Below, in pieces: positions 32,476-41,744 of a stretch of 64,000 bases of DNA; the stretch's first letter is position 1, and each line of letters begins with the position of its first letter. A model generated the notes under the pieces. That model did not search any database, had not been told where the DNA came from, and saw nothing but the letters and a program-made list of their open reading frames with translations. The DNA lies in NCBI GenBank assembly GCA_965224705.1, contig OZ245056.1:192001-256000 (forward strand). The letters are read 5' to 3'. The position numbers and the translations under genes were made by a program. The DNA is from Spirochaetaceae bacterium (GTDB taxonomy: Bacteria > Spirochaetota > Spirochaetia > DSM-2461).

Positions 32476-33229
32476 TTAGAGCTTTTGGATCTCTTCTTCG
32501 CTTAGGCCGGTGGCCTTGATGATGATGTCAAAAGAAACTCCGGCGGCTTTTAAGCGCCTGGCTGTTTGGGTTATGCCTGCTTTTTTGCCTTCTTTTATTC
32601 CGTCATCCCAGGCCTTTTCCAGTTGAGGCCTCATCAGTTCTGTTACATCGGCAACAGGTACCATATTGTTCTCCTTGCCTTCGAAAATTGATAATCTCAT
32701 TATAACGCCCTTAAGTAGCTTGTCAATAATCTGCTTGGGGAGACCGGACTCCTTGATTTCGATCTGGTCGGATAAGCGGTCGATATTCCGGCAGAATTCG
32801 GATAGAAACACGCCGTCAGGCCCCGATAATTGGATGATTTCAATGTTGATGATGTGAATTTTGTACATTCCATAGTTGCCGATGAAGTGGCCGGGACATG
32901 TCTCGATGAAATACTCTTTGTGTTCCCGGATGAATTTCCTCGGGGTTCTGGAGCAGATGAGTGTGATGGTTGTGTTGCTGTAGTTGGCTTTGGGGTTTTC
33001 TCTTAGGTAGAGGTTTGTGTATATGGAGAGGTCGTAAATGTCCTCTGTTCTTACGGCATCGCCGTATGATTTGTAGCTGACCAGGTTGAACGGAGCGAAG
33101 TAGTTGAAGATGTCGAATTCTACGCTGGCGGTGTTTTGTTTGATAAGGAGGACATCCAGCCTCTTGGGGCTTTTGAGCATTTCATGTTCCGTTTCAACCA
33201 GATATCCGCAAGAGCCAAAAAACTCCCTT
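32476..33229 (-). pseudogene. PD-(D/E)XK-like family-B protein, 5'-truncated copy
   Basis: Near-identical to 33624-34469 but N-terminal ~23 codons replaced by the repeat; internal AAGGAG-6 nt-ATG at 32664 (62 aa). Confidence 0.8.
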
Positions 33230-33623
33230 TAACCCTCTGCGCTCTCTGCGTCCTCTGCGGTTAAAAAACCATGAGGGGGATATAAACCGCAGAGATCGCA
33301 GAGATACGCAGAGAAATATGGGATAGAAAGATTGGTGAGTAATTACCTTCATTTGATGAAATAGAGTTACGGTATAAGGAATAATTGATGAAATCCTTTT
33401 GTGATTCTTGTGTGGTTTGTGGTTCATAAAAAAGGTTGGAAGCAGATTGAGAGGATTCTTTACCACGAAAGGCACGAAAATTTGGTGGTTTCCTTTTCAG
33501 GGTCCCGATAAGATGAGAATAATGGTTCCGGGGGATCGAAATGAGTTTTTTTGGGTGTTTCTCACGGAGGCACGGAGGGCACGGAGGTGGGGAACTCGAA
33601 ATGCAGGGGGAGATTTGTTTCTG

Positions 33624-34469
33624 TTAGAGCTTCTGGATCTTTTCTTCGCTCAGGCCGGTGGCCTTGATGATGATGTCAAGGGAGACTCCGGCGGCTTTTA
33701 AGCGCCTGGCTGTTTGGGTTTTTTCCTCATTTTTGCCTTCTTTTTTGCCCTCTTTTTTACCTTCTTTTATTCCGTCATCCCAGGCCTTCTCCAGTTGAGG
33801 CCTCATCAGTTCCGTTACATCGGCAACAGGTACCATATTGTCCTCCTTGCCCTCAAAGATAGATAGTCTCATTATAATGCCCTTAAGCAGTTTGTCAATA
33901 ATCTGTTTAGGGAAACCGGACTCCTTGATTTCGGTCTGGTCGGATAAGCGGTCAATATTCCGACAGAATTCGGATAGAAATATGCCGTCAGGTCCCGATA
34001 GCCGGATGGCTTCAATGTTGATAATGTGTATTTTGTACATCCCATAGTTGCCGATGAAGTGGCCGGGACATGTCTCGATGAAATACTCTTTGTGTTCCCG
34101 GATGAATTTCCTCGGGGTTCTGGAGCAGATGAGTGTGATGGTTGTGTTGCTGTAGTTAGCTCTGGGGTTTTCTCTCAGGTAGAGGTTTGTGTATATGGAG
34201 AGGTCGTAAATGTCCTGTGTTCTTACGGCATCGCCGTATGATTTGTAGCTGAGCAGATTGTACGGCGCAAAATAGTTGAAGATGTCGAATTCTACGCTGG
34301 CGGTGTTTTGTTTGATAAGGAGGACATCCAGCCTCTTGGGACTTTTAAGCATTTCATGTTCCGTTTCAACCAGATATCCGCAAGAGCCGAAAAACTCCCT
34401 TGCCTGTCTCTTGAAGAAGGTGTCCAGGGAGATTTGAGCTTTTGGTACTGATTTGGGCAGGGGCATCAT
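33624..34469 (-). CDS. PD-(D/E)XK-like family-B protein with Rpn-type tail, full length
   Basis: E.E....P.RLDVLLIK...NLLSYKS..D; EGKK repeats and TARRLKAAGVSLDIIIKATGLS; internal AAGGAGG-5 nt-ATG at 33836 (70 aa). Confidence 0.82.
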   Translation of the reverse strand: MMPLPKSVPKAQISLDTFFKRQAREFFGSCGYLVETEHEMLKSPKRLDVLLIKQNTASVEFDIFNYFAPYNLLSYKSYGDAVRTQDIYDLSIYTNLYLRENPRANYSNTTITLICSRTPRKFIREHKEYFIETCPGHFIGNYGMYKIHIINIEAIRLSGPDGIFLSEFCRNIDRLSDQTEIKESGFPKQIIDKLLKGIIMRLSIFEGKEDNMVPVADVTELMRPQLEKAWDDGIKEGKKEGKKEGKNEEKTQTARRLKAAGVSLDIIIKATGLSEEKIQKL

Positions 34470-35096
34470 ATTTAGAGTAGCATGATTTTTGAGAAGTGTT
34501 TAGGGCTGTGCATAGGGACACTGTGCAAGGAGTAATTTATGAAATCCTTTCGTGTGGTTCGTGGTTCACAAAAAGAGGCAGGAAGCAGATTGAAGGGACC
34601 TTCTGGTTCTGGGACTTTTGGGTTAGGAGGATTCTTTACCGCGAGAAACACGAAATTTTGGCGGTTTCCTTTTCAGGGGTACTGATTAAACCTCACCTTA
34701 AAAGTCAAACATGGCATGAATAAAGTTTGATGAGTAATTACCTTTAACCCTCTGCGCTCTCTGCGTCCTCTGCGGTTAAAAAATCATGAATGGGGATATA
34801 AACCGCAGAGATCGCAGAGATACGCAGAGAAATATAGTATAAAAAATTTGGTGAATAATTACCTTCATTTGATGAAATAGGGTTACTGTATAAGGAATAA
34901 TTGATGAAATCTGTTCGTGCCTTTTGTGTGGTTCGTGGTTTCTAAAAAGAGGCAGTAAGCAGATTGAGAGGATTCTTTACCACGAAAGGCACGAGAATTT
35001 GGTGGTTTCTTTGATTCCGGGGGATCGAAATGAGTTTTTTGGGGTGTTTCTCACGGAGGCACGGAGGTGAGGCTGTCGGATGCAGAGGATTTTTTG

Positions 35097-35930
35097 TTAG
35101 AGCTTTTGGATCTCTTCTTTGCTTAGGCCGGTGGCCTTGATGATGATATCAAGGGAAACTCCGGCGGCCTTGAAGCGCCTGGCTGTTTGCGCTATGCCTT
35201 CCTTTTTGCCTTCCTTTTTGCCTTCTTCTATGCCGTCATCCCAAGCTTTTTCCAGTTGAGGCCTCATCAGTTCCGTTACATCGGCAACAGGTACCATATT
35301 GTTCTCCTTGCCCTCGAAAATTGATAATCTCATTATAATGCCCTTAAGCAGTTTGTCAATAATCTGTTTGGGGAAACCGGACTCCTTGATTTCGGTCTGG
35401 TCGGATAAGCGGTCGATATTCCGGCAGAATTCGGATAGAAACACTCCGTCAGGTCCCGATAATCGGATAGTTTCAATGTTGATGATGTGAATTTTGTACA
35501 TCCCATAGTTGCCGATGAAGTGGCCAGGACATGTCTCGATGAAATACTCTTTGTGTTCCCGAATAAATTTCCTCGGGGTTCTGGAGCAGATGAGTGTGAT
35601 GGTTGTGTTGCCGTAGTTGGCTCTGGGGTTTTCTCTAAGGTACAGGTTGGTATAGATGGAGAGGTCGTAAATGTCCTGTGTTCTTACGGCATCGCCGTAT
35701 GATTTGTAGCTGACCAGATTGTATGGAGCGAAATAGTTGAAGATGTCGAATTCTACGCTGGCGGTGTTTTGTTTGGTAAGGAGGACATCCAGTCTCTTGG
35801 GGCTTTTGAGCATTTCATGTTCCGTTTCAACCAGGTATCCGCAAGAGCTAAAAAACTCCCTTGCCTGTCTCTTGAAGAAGGTGTCCAGGGAGATTTGGAC
35901 TTTTGGTACTGATTTGGGCAGGGGTATCAT
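35097..35930 (-). CDS. PD-(D/E)XK-like family-B protein, full length
   Basis: Paralog of 33624; internal SD-ATG at 35297 (66 aa). Confidence 0.82.
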   Translation of the reverse strand: MIPLPKSVPKVQISLDTFFKRQAREFFSSCGYLVETEHEMLKSPKRLDVLLTKQNTASVEFDIFNYFAPYNLVSYKSYGDAVRTQDIYDLSIYTNLYLRENPRANYGNTTITLICSRTPRKFIREHKEYFIETCPGHFIGNYGMYKIHIINIETIRLSGPDGVFLSEFCRNIDRLSDQTEIKESGFPKQIIDKLLKGIIMRLSIFEGKENNMVPVADVTELMRPQLEKAWDDGIEEGKKEGKKEGIAQTARRFKAAGVSLDIIIKATGLSKEEIQKL

Positions 35931-36681
35931 GTATTAGAGTAGCATGTTTTTTGGGAAGTGTTTAGGGCTGTGCAAGGGTCACTGTATAAGGAATAACTGA
36001 TGAAATCCTTTCGTGCTTTTCGTGTGGTTCGTGGTTTATAAAAAGATGCAGGAAGTAAATTGAAGGGAGCGTTCTGGTTCTGGGGCTTTTGGGTCAGGAG
36101 GATTCTTTACCGCGAGAAACACGAAAATTTGGCGGTTTCCTTTTCAGGGTTCCTGATTAAAACTCTCCTTAAAAGTCCAGAATGGCATGAATAAAGTTTG
36201 ATGAGTAATTACCTTTAACCCTCTGCGCTCTCTGCGTCCTCTGCGGTTAAAAAACCATGAATGAGGATATAAACCGCAGAGATACGCAGAGAAATATGGG
36301 ATAAAAATTGGTGAATAATTACCTTCATCTGATGAAATAGGGTTACTGTATAAGGAATAATTGATGAAATCTGTTCGTGCCTTTTGTGTGGTTCGTGGTT
36401 TATAAAAAGAGGCAGGAATCAGATTGACGGGACCGTTCTGGTTCTGGGACTTTTGGGTTAGGAAGATTTTTTTACCGCGAAAGACACGAAAATTTGGTGG
36501 TTTCCTTTTCAGGGTCCCGATAAGATGAGAATAATGGTTCCGGGGGATCGAAATGAGTTTTTTTGGTTTTTCCCACGGAGGGCACGAAGGTGGGGCTGTC
36601 GAATGCAGGGAGGCTGGGAAAGTGTTTTTGGAGGGATTTTTGAGGTTTTTCACGCCGGAAGGCACAGACATTCTTGATGAG

Positions 36682-36719
36682 ATTTCCTTGTGGACACGGA
36701 AAGGAAATGCCTGTAGAAT
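36682..36719 (+). promoter_or_regulatory. Promoter and operator of the TA pair
   Basis: TGGACA-17 nt-TAGAAT; inverted repeat atttcctt/aaggaaat straddles the -35. Confidence 0.6.
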
Positions 36720-36752
36720 ATAAAAATCCCTTAGAATCAGGAGATATTCCCC

Positions 36753-37022
36753 ATGCCTTCAATCTCAATGTTTTACGGACTTATCGTTTACATGTATTTC
36801 AAGGACAATAAACAGCACAAGCTTCCACATATCCATGTCAAATATCAAAATGACGAAGTCATCGTGCAAATACCGGAAGGAACAGTGCTTGAGGGGAAAA
36901 TCCCGACTTCCAGAATGAAACTGCTTCAGGCATGGATTGAATTACACAAAGAGGAATTGATCGCTGACTGGGCTCTTGCGGTTTCAGGTGAACAGCCATA
37001 CAAAATAGAACCATTGAGGTGA
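36753..37022 (+). CDS. DUF4160-domain protein (putative toxin)
   Basis: MPSISMFYGLIVYMYF.D...H.LPHIHVKY...WIELHKEELIADW; AGGAG SD. Confidence 0.88.
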   Translation: MPSISMFYGLIVYMYFKDNKQHKLPHIHVKYQNDEVIVQIPEGTVLEGKIPTSRMKLLQAWIELHKEELIADWALAVSGEQPYKIEPLR

Positions 37023-37029
37023 TACGGCG

Positions 37030-37272
37030 ATGAACCCCAGAGTAAAACATGTGGAAACAATTCCCGGCTATAAGTTGAAGCTGCACTTCAGCAATGGTGA
37101 AAAAGGAATTTATGACTGCTCCCCTCTGCTTGATTTTGGCGTGTTCAGGGAGCTTAAAGATGTCAGCTATTTCCAGTGGGCCAGTGCGAAAGACGGCACG
37201 GTTGTCTGGCCGCATGAGCAGGATATCTGTCCCGACACATTGTATCTGGATTCAGTGAAAATAGAGGTGTGA
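37030..37272 (+). CDS. DUF2442-domain protein (putative antitoxin)
   Basis: YKLKLHFSNGE...GTVVWPHEQDICPDTLY; standard partner of DUF4160. Confidence 0.88.
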   Translation: MNPRVKHVETIPGYKLKLHFSNGEKGIYDCSPLLDFGVFRELKDVSYFQWASAKDGTVVWPHEQDICPDTLYLDSVKIEV

Positions 37273-37320
37273 GTTGTTTTTTGCGCGGATATTGTCATTG
37301 AAAACAAGGTGATTTTTGAA

Positions 37321-37486
37321 GGCGCCTCTAAAAAACACCCATTCCGTTTCTGACTTGATCTTTACCACTGCTGCTGCGTTGCTAAAATGCTCAAGCGCAG
37401 CTTAAGCTGCGCTTGAGCTTTTGTCGCCTTGTATCAGTGAAAAATCTCTGCGCCAGATTCCGAAAGCGGGTTTTTTTAGAGGCACC
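37321..37486. mobile_element. MITE-like element
   Basis: TIRs ggcgcctctaaaaaa / ttttttagaggcacc (14 of 15 match); internal palindrome gctcaagcgcagcttaagctgcgcttgagc; inverted homologue at 23257. Confidence 0.78.
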
Positions 37487-37488
37487 TT

Positions 37489-37721
37489 TATAGCTACCGG
37501 AAAAACAAGTGAAATACGGCGAATGCGGCAGAGCTTGAGGTTGGCTGTGAAGCCAATCTATTCAGCAGGCTATGGACGAAATCAACAACGGGGGATACAG
37601 GCCGGGAAAATCGTTGGCTTTTATTGTGGAAAGACCGATAAAGCGGGAAATTTTCGCCGCCGATTTTTGTGGCCTCAGTGTGTATCATCTCATCATCGCT
37701 AAAATTTACAAGTTGGTTTGA
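37489..37721 (+). pseudogene. Degenerate N-terminal fragment of a DGR-like reverse transcriptase
   Basis: YSYRKNK*NTANAAELEVGCEANLF, frameshift, then MDEINNGGYRPGKSLAFIVERPIKREIFAADFCGLSVYHLIIAKI; resembles RT motif REIFAADFRDRVVHHL. Confidence 0.75.
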
Positions 37722-38189
37722 TTATTAGTTTCGACACGTTAAAAGTCAAACATGGAATAATTACCTTGAATCCTCTGCGCTCTCTGCGTCCTCTGCGGTT
37801 AAAAAACCATGAATGGGGATATAAACCGCAGAGATCGCGGAGATACGCAGAGAAATATGGGATAAAAAGATTGGTGAATAATTACTTTCATCTGATGAAA
37901 TAGGGTTACTGTATAAGGAGTAATTGATGAAATCCTTTCGTGCTTTTCGTGTGGTTCGCGGTTCATAAAAAGAGGTAGGAAGCAGATTGAGAGGATTCTT
38001 TACCACGAAAGGCACGAAAATTTGGTGGTTTTCTTTTCAGGGTTCCCGGTAAAATGAGAGTAATGGTTCTGGGAGATCGAAATGATTTTTTTGGTGTTTC
38101 TCACGGAGGCACGGAGGGCACGGAGGTGGGGAACTCAAAATACAGGGAGGCTTGCGGAGTTATGGGAGCTTGGGGGAGATTTGTTTCTG

Positions 38190-38943
38190 TTAGAGCTTCT
38201 GGATCTTTTCTTCGCTCAGGCCGGTGGCCTTAATGATGATGTCAAGGGAGACTCCGGCGGCTTTTAAGCGCCTGGCTGTTTGGGTTATGCCTGCTTTTTT
38301 GCCTTCTTTTATTCCGTCATCCCAGGCCTTTTCCAGTTGAGGCCTCATCAGTTCCGTTACATCGGCAACAGGTACCATATTGTCCTCCTTGCCCTCAAAG
38401 ATTGATAATCTCATTATAATGCCCTTAAGCAGTTTGTCAATAATCTGCTTTGGGAAACCGGACTCCTTGATTTCAGCCTGCTCGGATAAGCGGTCGATAT
38501 CCCGGCAGAATTCGGATAGAAACACGCCGTCAGGTCCCGATAATCGGATGGCTTCAATGTTGATGATGTGTATTTTGTACATCCCATAGTTGCCGATGAA
38601 ATGGCCGGGACATGTCTCGATGAAATACTCTTTGTGTTCCCGGATGAATTTCCGCGGGGTTCTGGAGCATATGAGTGTGATGGTTGTGTTGCTGTAGTTA
38701 GCTCTGGGGTTTTCTCTCAGGTAGAGGTTTGTGTATATGGAGAGGTCGTAAATGTCCTGTGTTCTTACGGCATCGCCGTATGATTTGTAGCTGACCAAAT
38801 TGTACGGAGTGAAGTAGTTGAAGATGTCGAATTCTACGCTGGCGGTGTTTTGTTTGATAAGGAGGACATCCAGTTTTTTCGGGTTTTTAAGCATTTCATG
38901 TTCCGTTTCAACCAGATATCCGCAGGAGCCGAAGAACTCCCTT
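38190..38943 (-). pseudogene. PD-(D/E)XK-like family-B protein, 5'-truncated copy
   Basis: Same truncation junction as the 32476 copy; internal AAGGAGG-ATG at 38378 (62 aa). Confidence 0.8.
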
Positions 38944-39300
38944 TAACCCTCTGCGCTCTCTGCGTCCTCTGCGGTTAAAAAACCATGAGGGGGATATAAA
39001 CCGCAGAGATCGCAGAGATACGCAGAGAAATATGGGGTAAAAGATTGGTGAATAATTACCTTCATCTGATGAAATAGGGTTACTGTATAAGGAATAATTG
39101 ATGAAATCCTTTCGTGCCTTTTGTGTGGTTCGTGGTTTCTAAAAAGAGGCAGTAAGCAGATTGAGAGGATTATTTACCACGAAAGACACGAAAATTTGGT
39201 GGTTTCCTTGATTCCGAGGGATCGAAATGAGTTTTTTTGGGTGTTTCTCACGGAGGCACGGAGGTAGGGAACTCGAAATGCAGGGGGGGATTTGTTTCTG

Positions 39301-40102
39301 TTAGAGCTTCTGGATCTTTTCTTCGCTCAGGCCGGTGGCCTTGATGATGATGTCAAGGGAGACTCCGGCGGCTTTTAAGCGCCTGGCTGTTTGGGTTATG
39401 GCTTTTCTTTCGCCTTCTTTCTTGCCCTCTTTTTTGCCTTCTTTCTTGCCCTCTTTCCTGCCCTCTTCTATTCCATCACCCCAGGCTTTTTCCAGTTGAG
39501 GCCTCATCAGTTCCGTTACATCGGCAACAGGTACCATATTGTCCTCCTTGCCCTCAAAGATTGATAATCTCATTATAATGCCCTTAAGCAGTTTGTCAAT
39601 AATCTGTTTGGGGAAACCGGACTCCTTGATTTCAGCCTGGCCGGATAAGCGGTCAATATTCCGACAGAATTCGGATAGAAATATGCCGTCAGGCCCCGAT
39701 AATTGGATGGTTTCAATGTTGATGATGTGAATTTTGTACATTCCATAGTCGCCGATGAAGTGCCCAGGGCATGTCTCGATGAAATACTCTTTGTGTTCCC
39801 GGATGAATTTCCGCGGGGTTCTGGAGCAGATGAGTGTGATGGTTGTGTTGCCGTAGTTGGCTCTGGAGTTTTCTCTCAGGTAGAGGTTTGTGTATATGGA
39901 GAGGTCGTAAATGTCCTGTGTTCTTACGGCATCGCCGTATGATTTGTAGCTGACCAGATTGTACGGCGCAAAATAGTTGAAGATGTCGAATTCTACGCTG
40001 GCGGTGTTTTGTTTGATAAGGAGGACATCCAGCCTCTTGGGACTTTTAAGCATTTCATGTTCCGTTTCAACCAGATATCCGCAAGAGCCGAAAAACTCCC
40101 TT
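39301..40102 (-). pseudogene. PD-(D/E)XK-like family-B protein, 5'-truncated copy
   Basis: Same junction; longest EGKK tract; internal AAGGAGG-ATG at 39537 (78 aa). Confidence 0.8.
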
Positions 40103-40471
40103 TAACCCTCTGCGCTCTCTGCGTCCTCTGCGGTTAAAAAATCATGAATGGGGATATAAACCGCAGAGATCGCAGAGATACGCAGAGAAATATAGTATAA
40201 AAAATTTGGTGAATAATTACCTTCATTTGATGAAATAGGGTTACTGTATAAGGAATAATTGATGAAATCTGTTCGTGCCTTTTGTGTGGTTCGTGGTTTC
40301 TAAAAAGAGGCAGTAAGCAGATTGAGAGGATTATTTACCGCGAAAGGTGCGAAAATTTGGTGGTTTCCTTGATTCCGAGGGATCGAAATGAGTTTTTTTG
40401 GGGTGTTTCTCACGGAGGCACGGAGGGCACGGAGGTGGGGAACTCGAAATGCAGGGGGAGATTTGTTTCTG

Positions 40472-41305
40472 TTAGAGCTTCTGGATCTTTTCTTCGCTCA
40501 GGCCGGTGGCCTTGATGATGATGTCAAGGGAGACTCCGGCGGCTTTTAAGCGCCTGGCTGTTTGGGTTATGCCTTCTTTTTTGCCTTCTTTTTTGCCCTT
40601 TTTTATTCCGTCATCCCAGGCCTTCTCCAGTTGAGGCCTCATCAGTTCCGTTACATCGGCAACAGGTACCATATTGTTCTCCTTGCCCTCGAAAATTGAT
40701 AATCTCATTATAACGCCCTTAATCAGTTTGTCAATAATCTGCTTTGGGAAACCGGACTCCTTGATTTCGGTCTGGTCGGATAAGCGGTCGATATTCCGGC
40801 AGAATTCGGATAGAAACACGCCGTCAGGTCCCGATAATCGGATGGCTTCAATGTTGATGATGTGTATTTTGTACATCCCATAGTTGCCGATGAAGTGGCC
40901 GGGACATGTCTCGATGAAATACTCTTTGTGTTCCCGGATGAATTTCCGCGGGGTTCTGGAGCAGATGAGTGTGATGGTTGTGTTGCTGTAGTTAGCTCTG
41001 GGGTTTTCTCTCAGGTAGAGGTTTGTGTATATGGAGAGGTCGTAAATGTCCTGTGTTCTTACGGCATCGCCGTATGATTTGTAGCTGAGCAGATTGTACG
41101 GCGCAAAATAGTTGAAGATGTCGAATTCTACGCTGGCGGTGTTTTGTTTGATAAGGAGGACATCCAGCCTCTTGGGACTTTTAAGCATTTCATGTTCCGT
41201 TTCAACCAGGTATCCGCAAGAGCCGAAAAACTCCCTTGCCTGTCTCTTGAAGAAGGTATCCAGGGAGATTTGAGCTTTTGGTACTGATTTGGGCAGGGGC
41301 ATCAT
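40472..41305 (-). CDS. PD-(D/E)XK-like family-B protein, full length
   Basis: Paralog of 33624; internal SD-ATG at 40672 (66 aa). Confidence 0.82.
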   Translation of the reverse strand: MMPLPKSVPKAQISLDTFFKRQAREFFGSCGYLVETEHEMLKSPKRLDVLLIKQNTASVEFDIFNYFAPYNLLSYKSYGDAVRTQDIYDLSIYTNLYLRENPRANYSNTTITLICSRTPRKFIREHKEYFIETCPGHFIGNYGMYKIHIINIEAIRLSGPDGVFLSEFCRNIDRLSDQTEIKESGFPKQIIDKLIKGVIMRLSIFEGKENNMVPVADVTELMRPQLEKAWDDGIKKGKKEGKKEGITQTARRLKAAGVSLDIIIKATGLSEEKIQKL

Positions 41306-41744
41306 ATTTAGAGTAGCATGATTTTTGGGAAGTGTTTAGGGCTGTGCATAGGATCACTTTGCAAGGAGTAATTGATGAAATCCTTTCGTGCTTTTCGTGT
41401 GGTTCGTGGTTCATAAAAAGAGGCAGGAAGCAGATTGAGAGGATTCTTTACCACGAAAGGCACGAAAGACACGAAAATTTGGTGATTTTCTTTCCAGGGG
41501 TACTGATTAAACCTCTCCTTAAAAGTCCAGAATGGAATAAAAAGTTTGGTGAATAATTACCTTGAATCCTCTGCGTCCTCTGCGGTTAAAAAACCATGAG
41601 GGGGATATAAACCGCAGAAATCGCAGAGATACGCAGAGAAATATGGGATAAAAAATTGGTGAATAATTACTTTCATATGATGAAATAAGGTTACTGTACT
41701 TCATTAAACAGTGTAAAAAGAGTCCTGAAGAGCCACTGCTTTGT

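Larger units (their letters stand above)
31950..41700. repeat. Recurrent composite intergenic repeat of the array (cgcagag, cacgaa and cacggag modules)
   Basis: cgcagag hairpin units at ~33231, 34745, 36216, 37768, 38945, 40104, 41564; ttcgtg/cacgaa and cacggagg modules recur in the intergenic spacers. Confidence 0.9.

Noticed and set aside
31950..41700. CRISPR array
   Set aside because: Repeats are long composite modules separated by whole genes, not ~30-bp repeats with unique spacers; no cas genes
30869..41700. Integron attC cassette array (TAAC at stop codons, GTTAAAG in the repeat)
   Set aside because: Boxes are ~400 bp apart and do not fit RYYYAAC/GTTRRRY, junctions are not at G|TT, and there is no intI in the window
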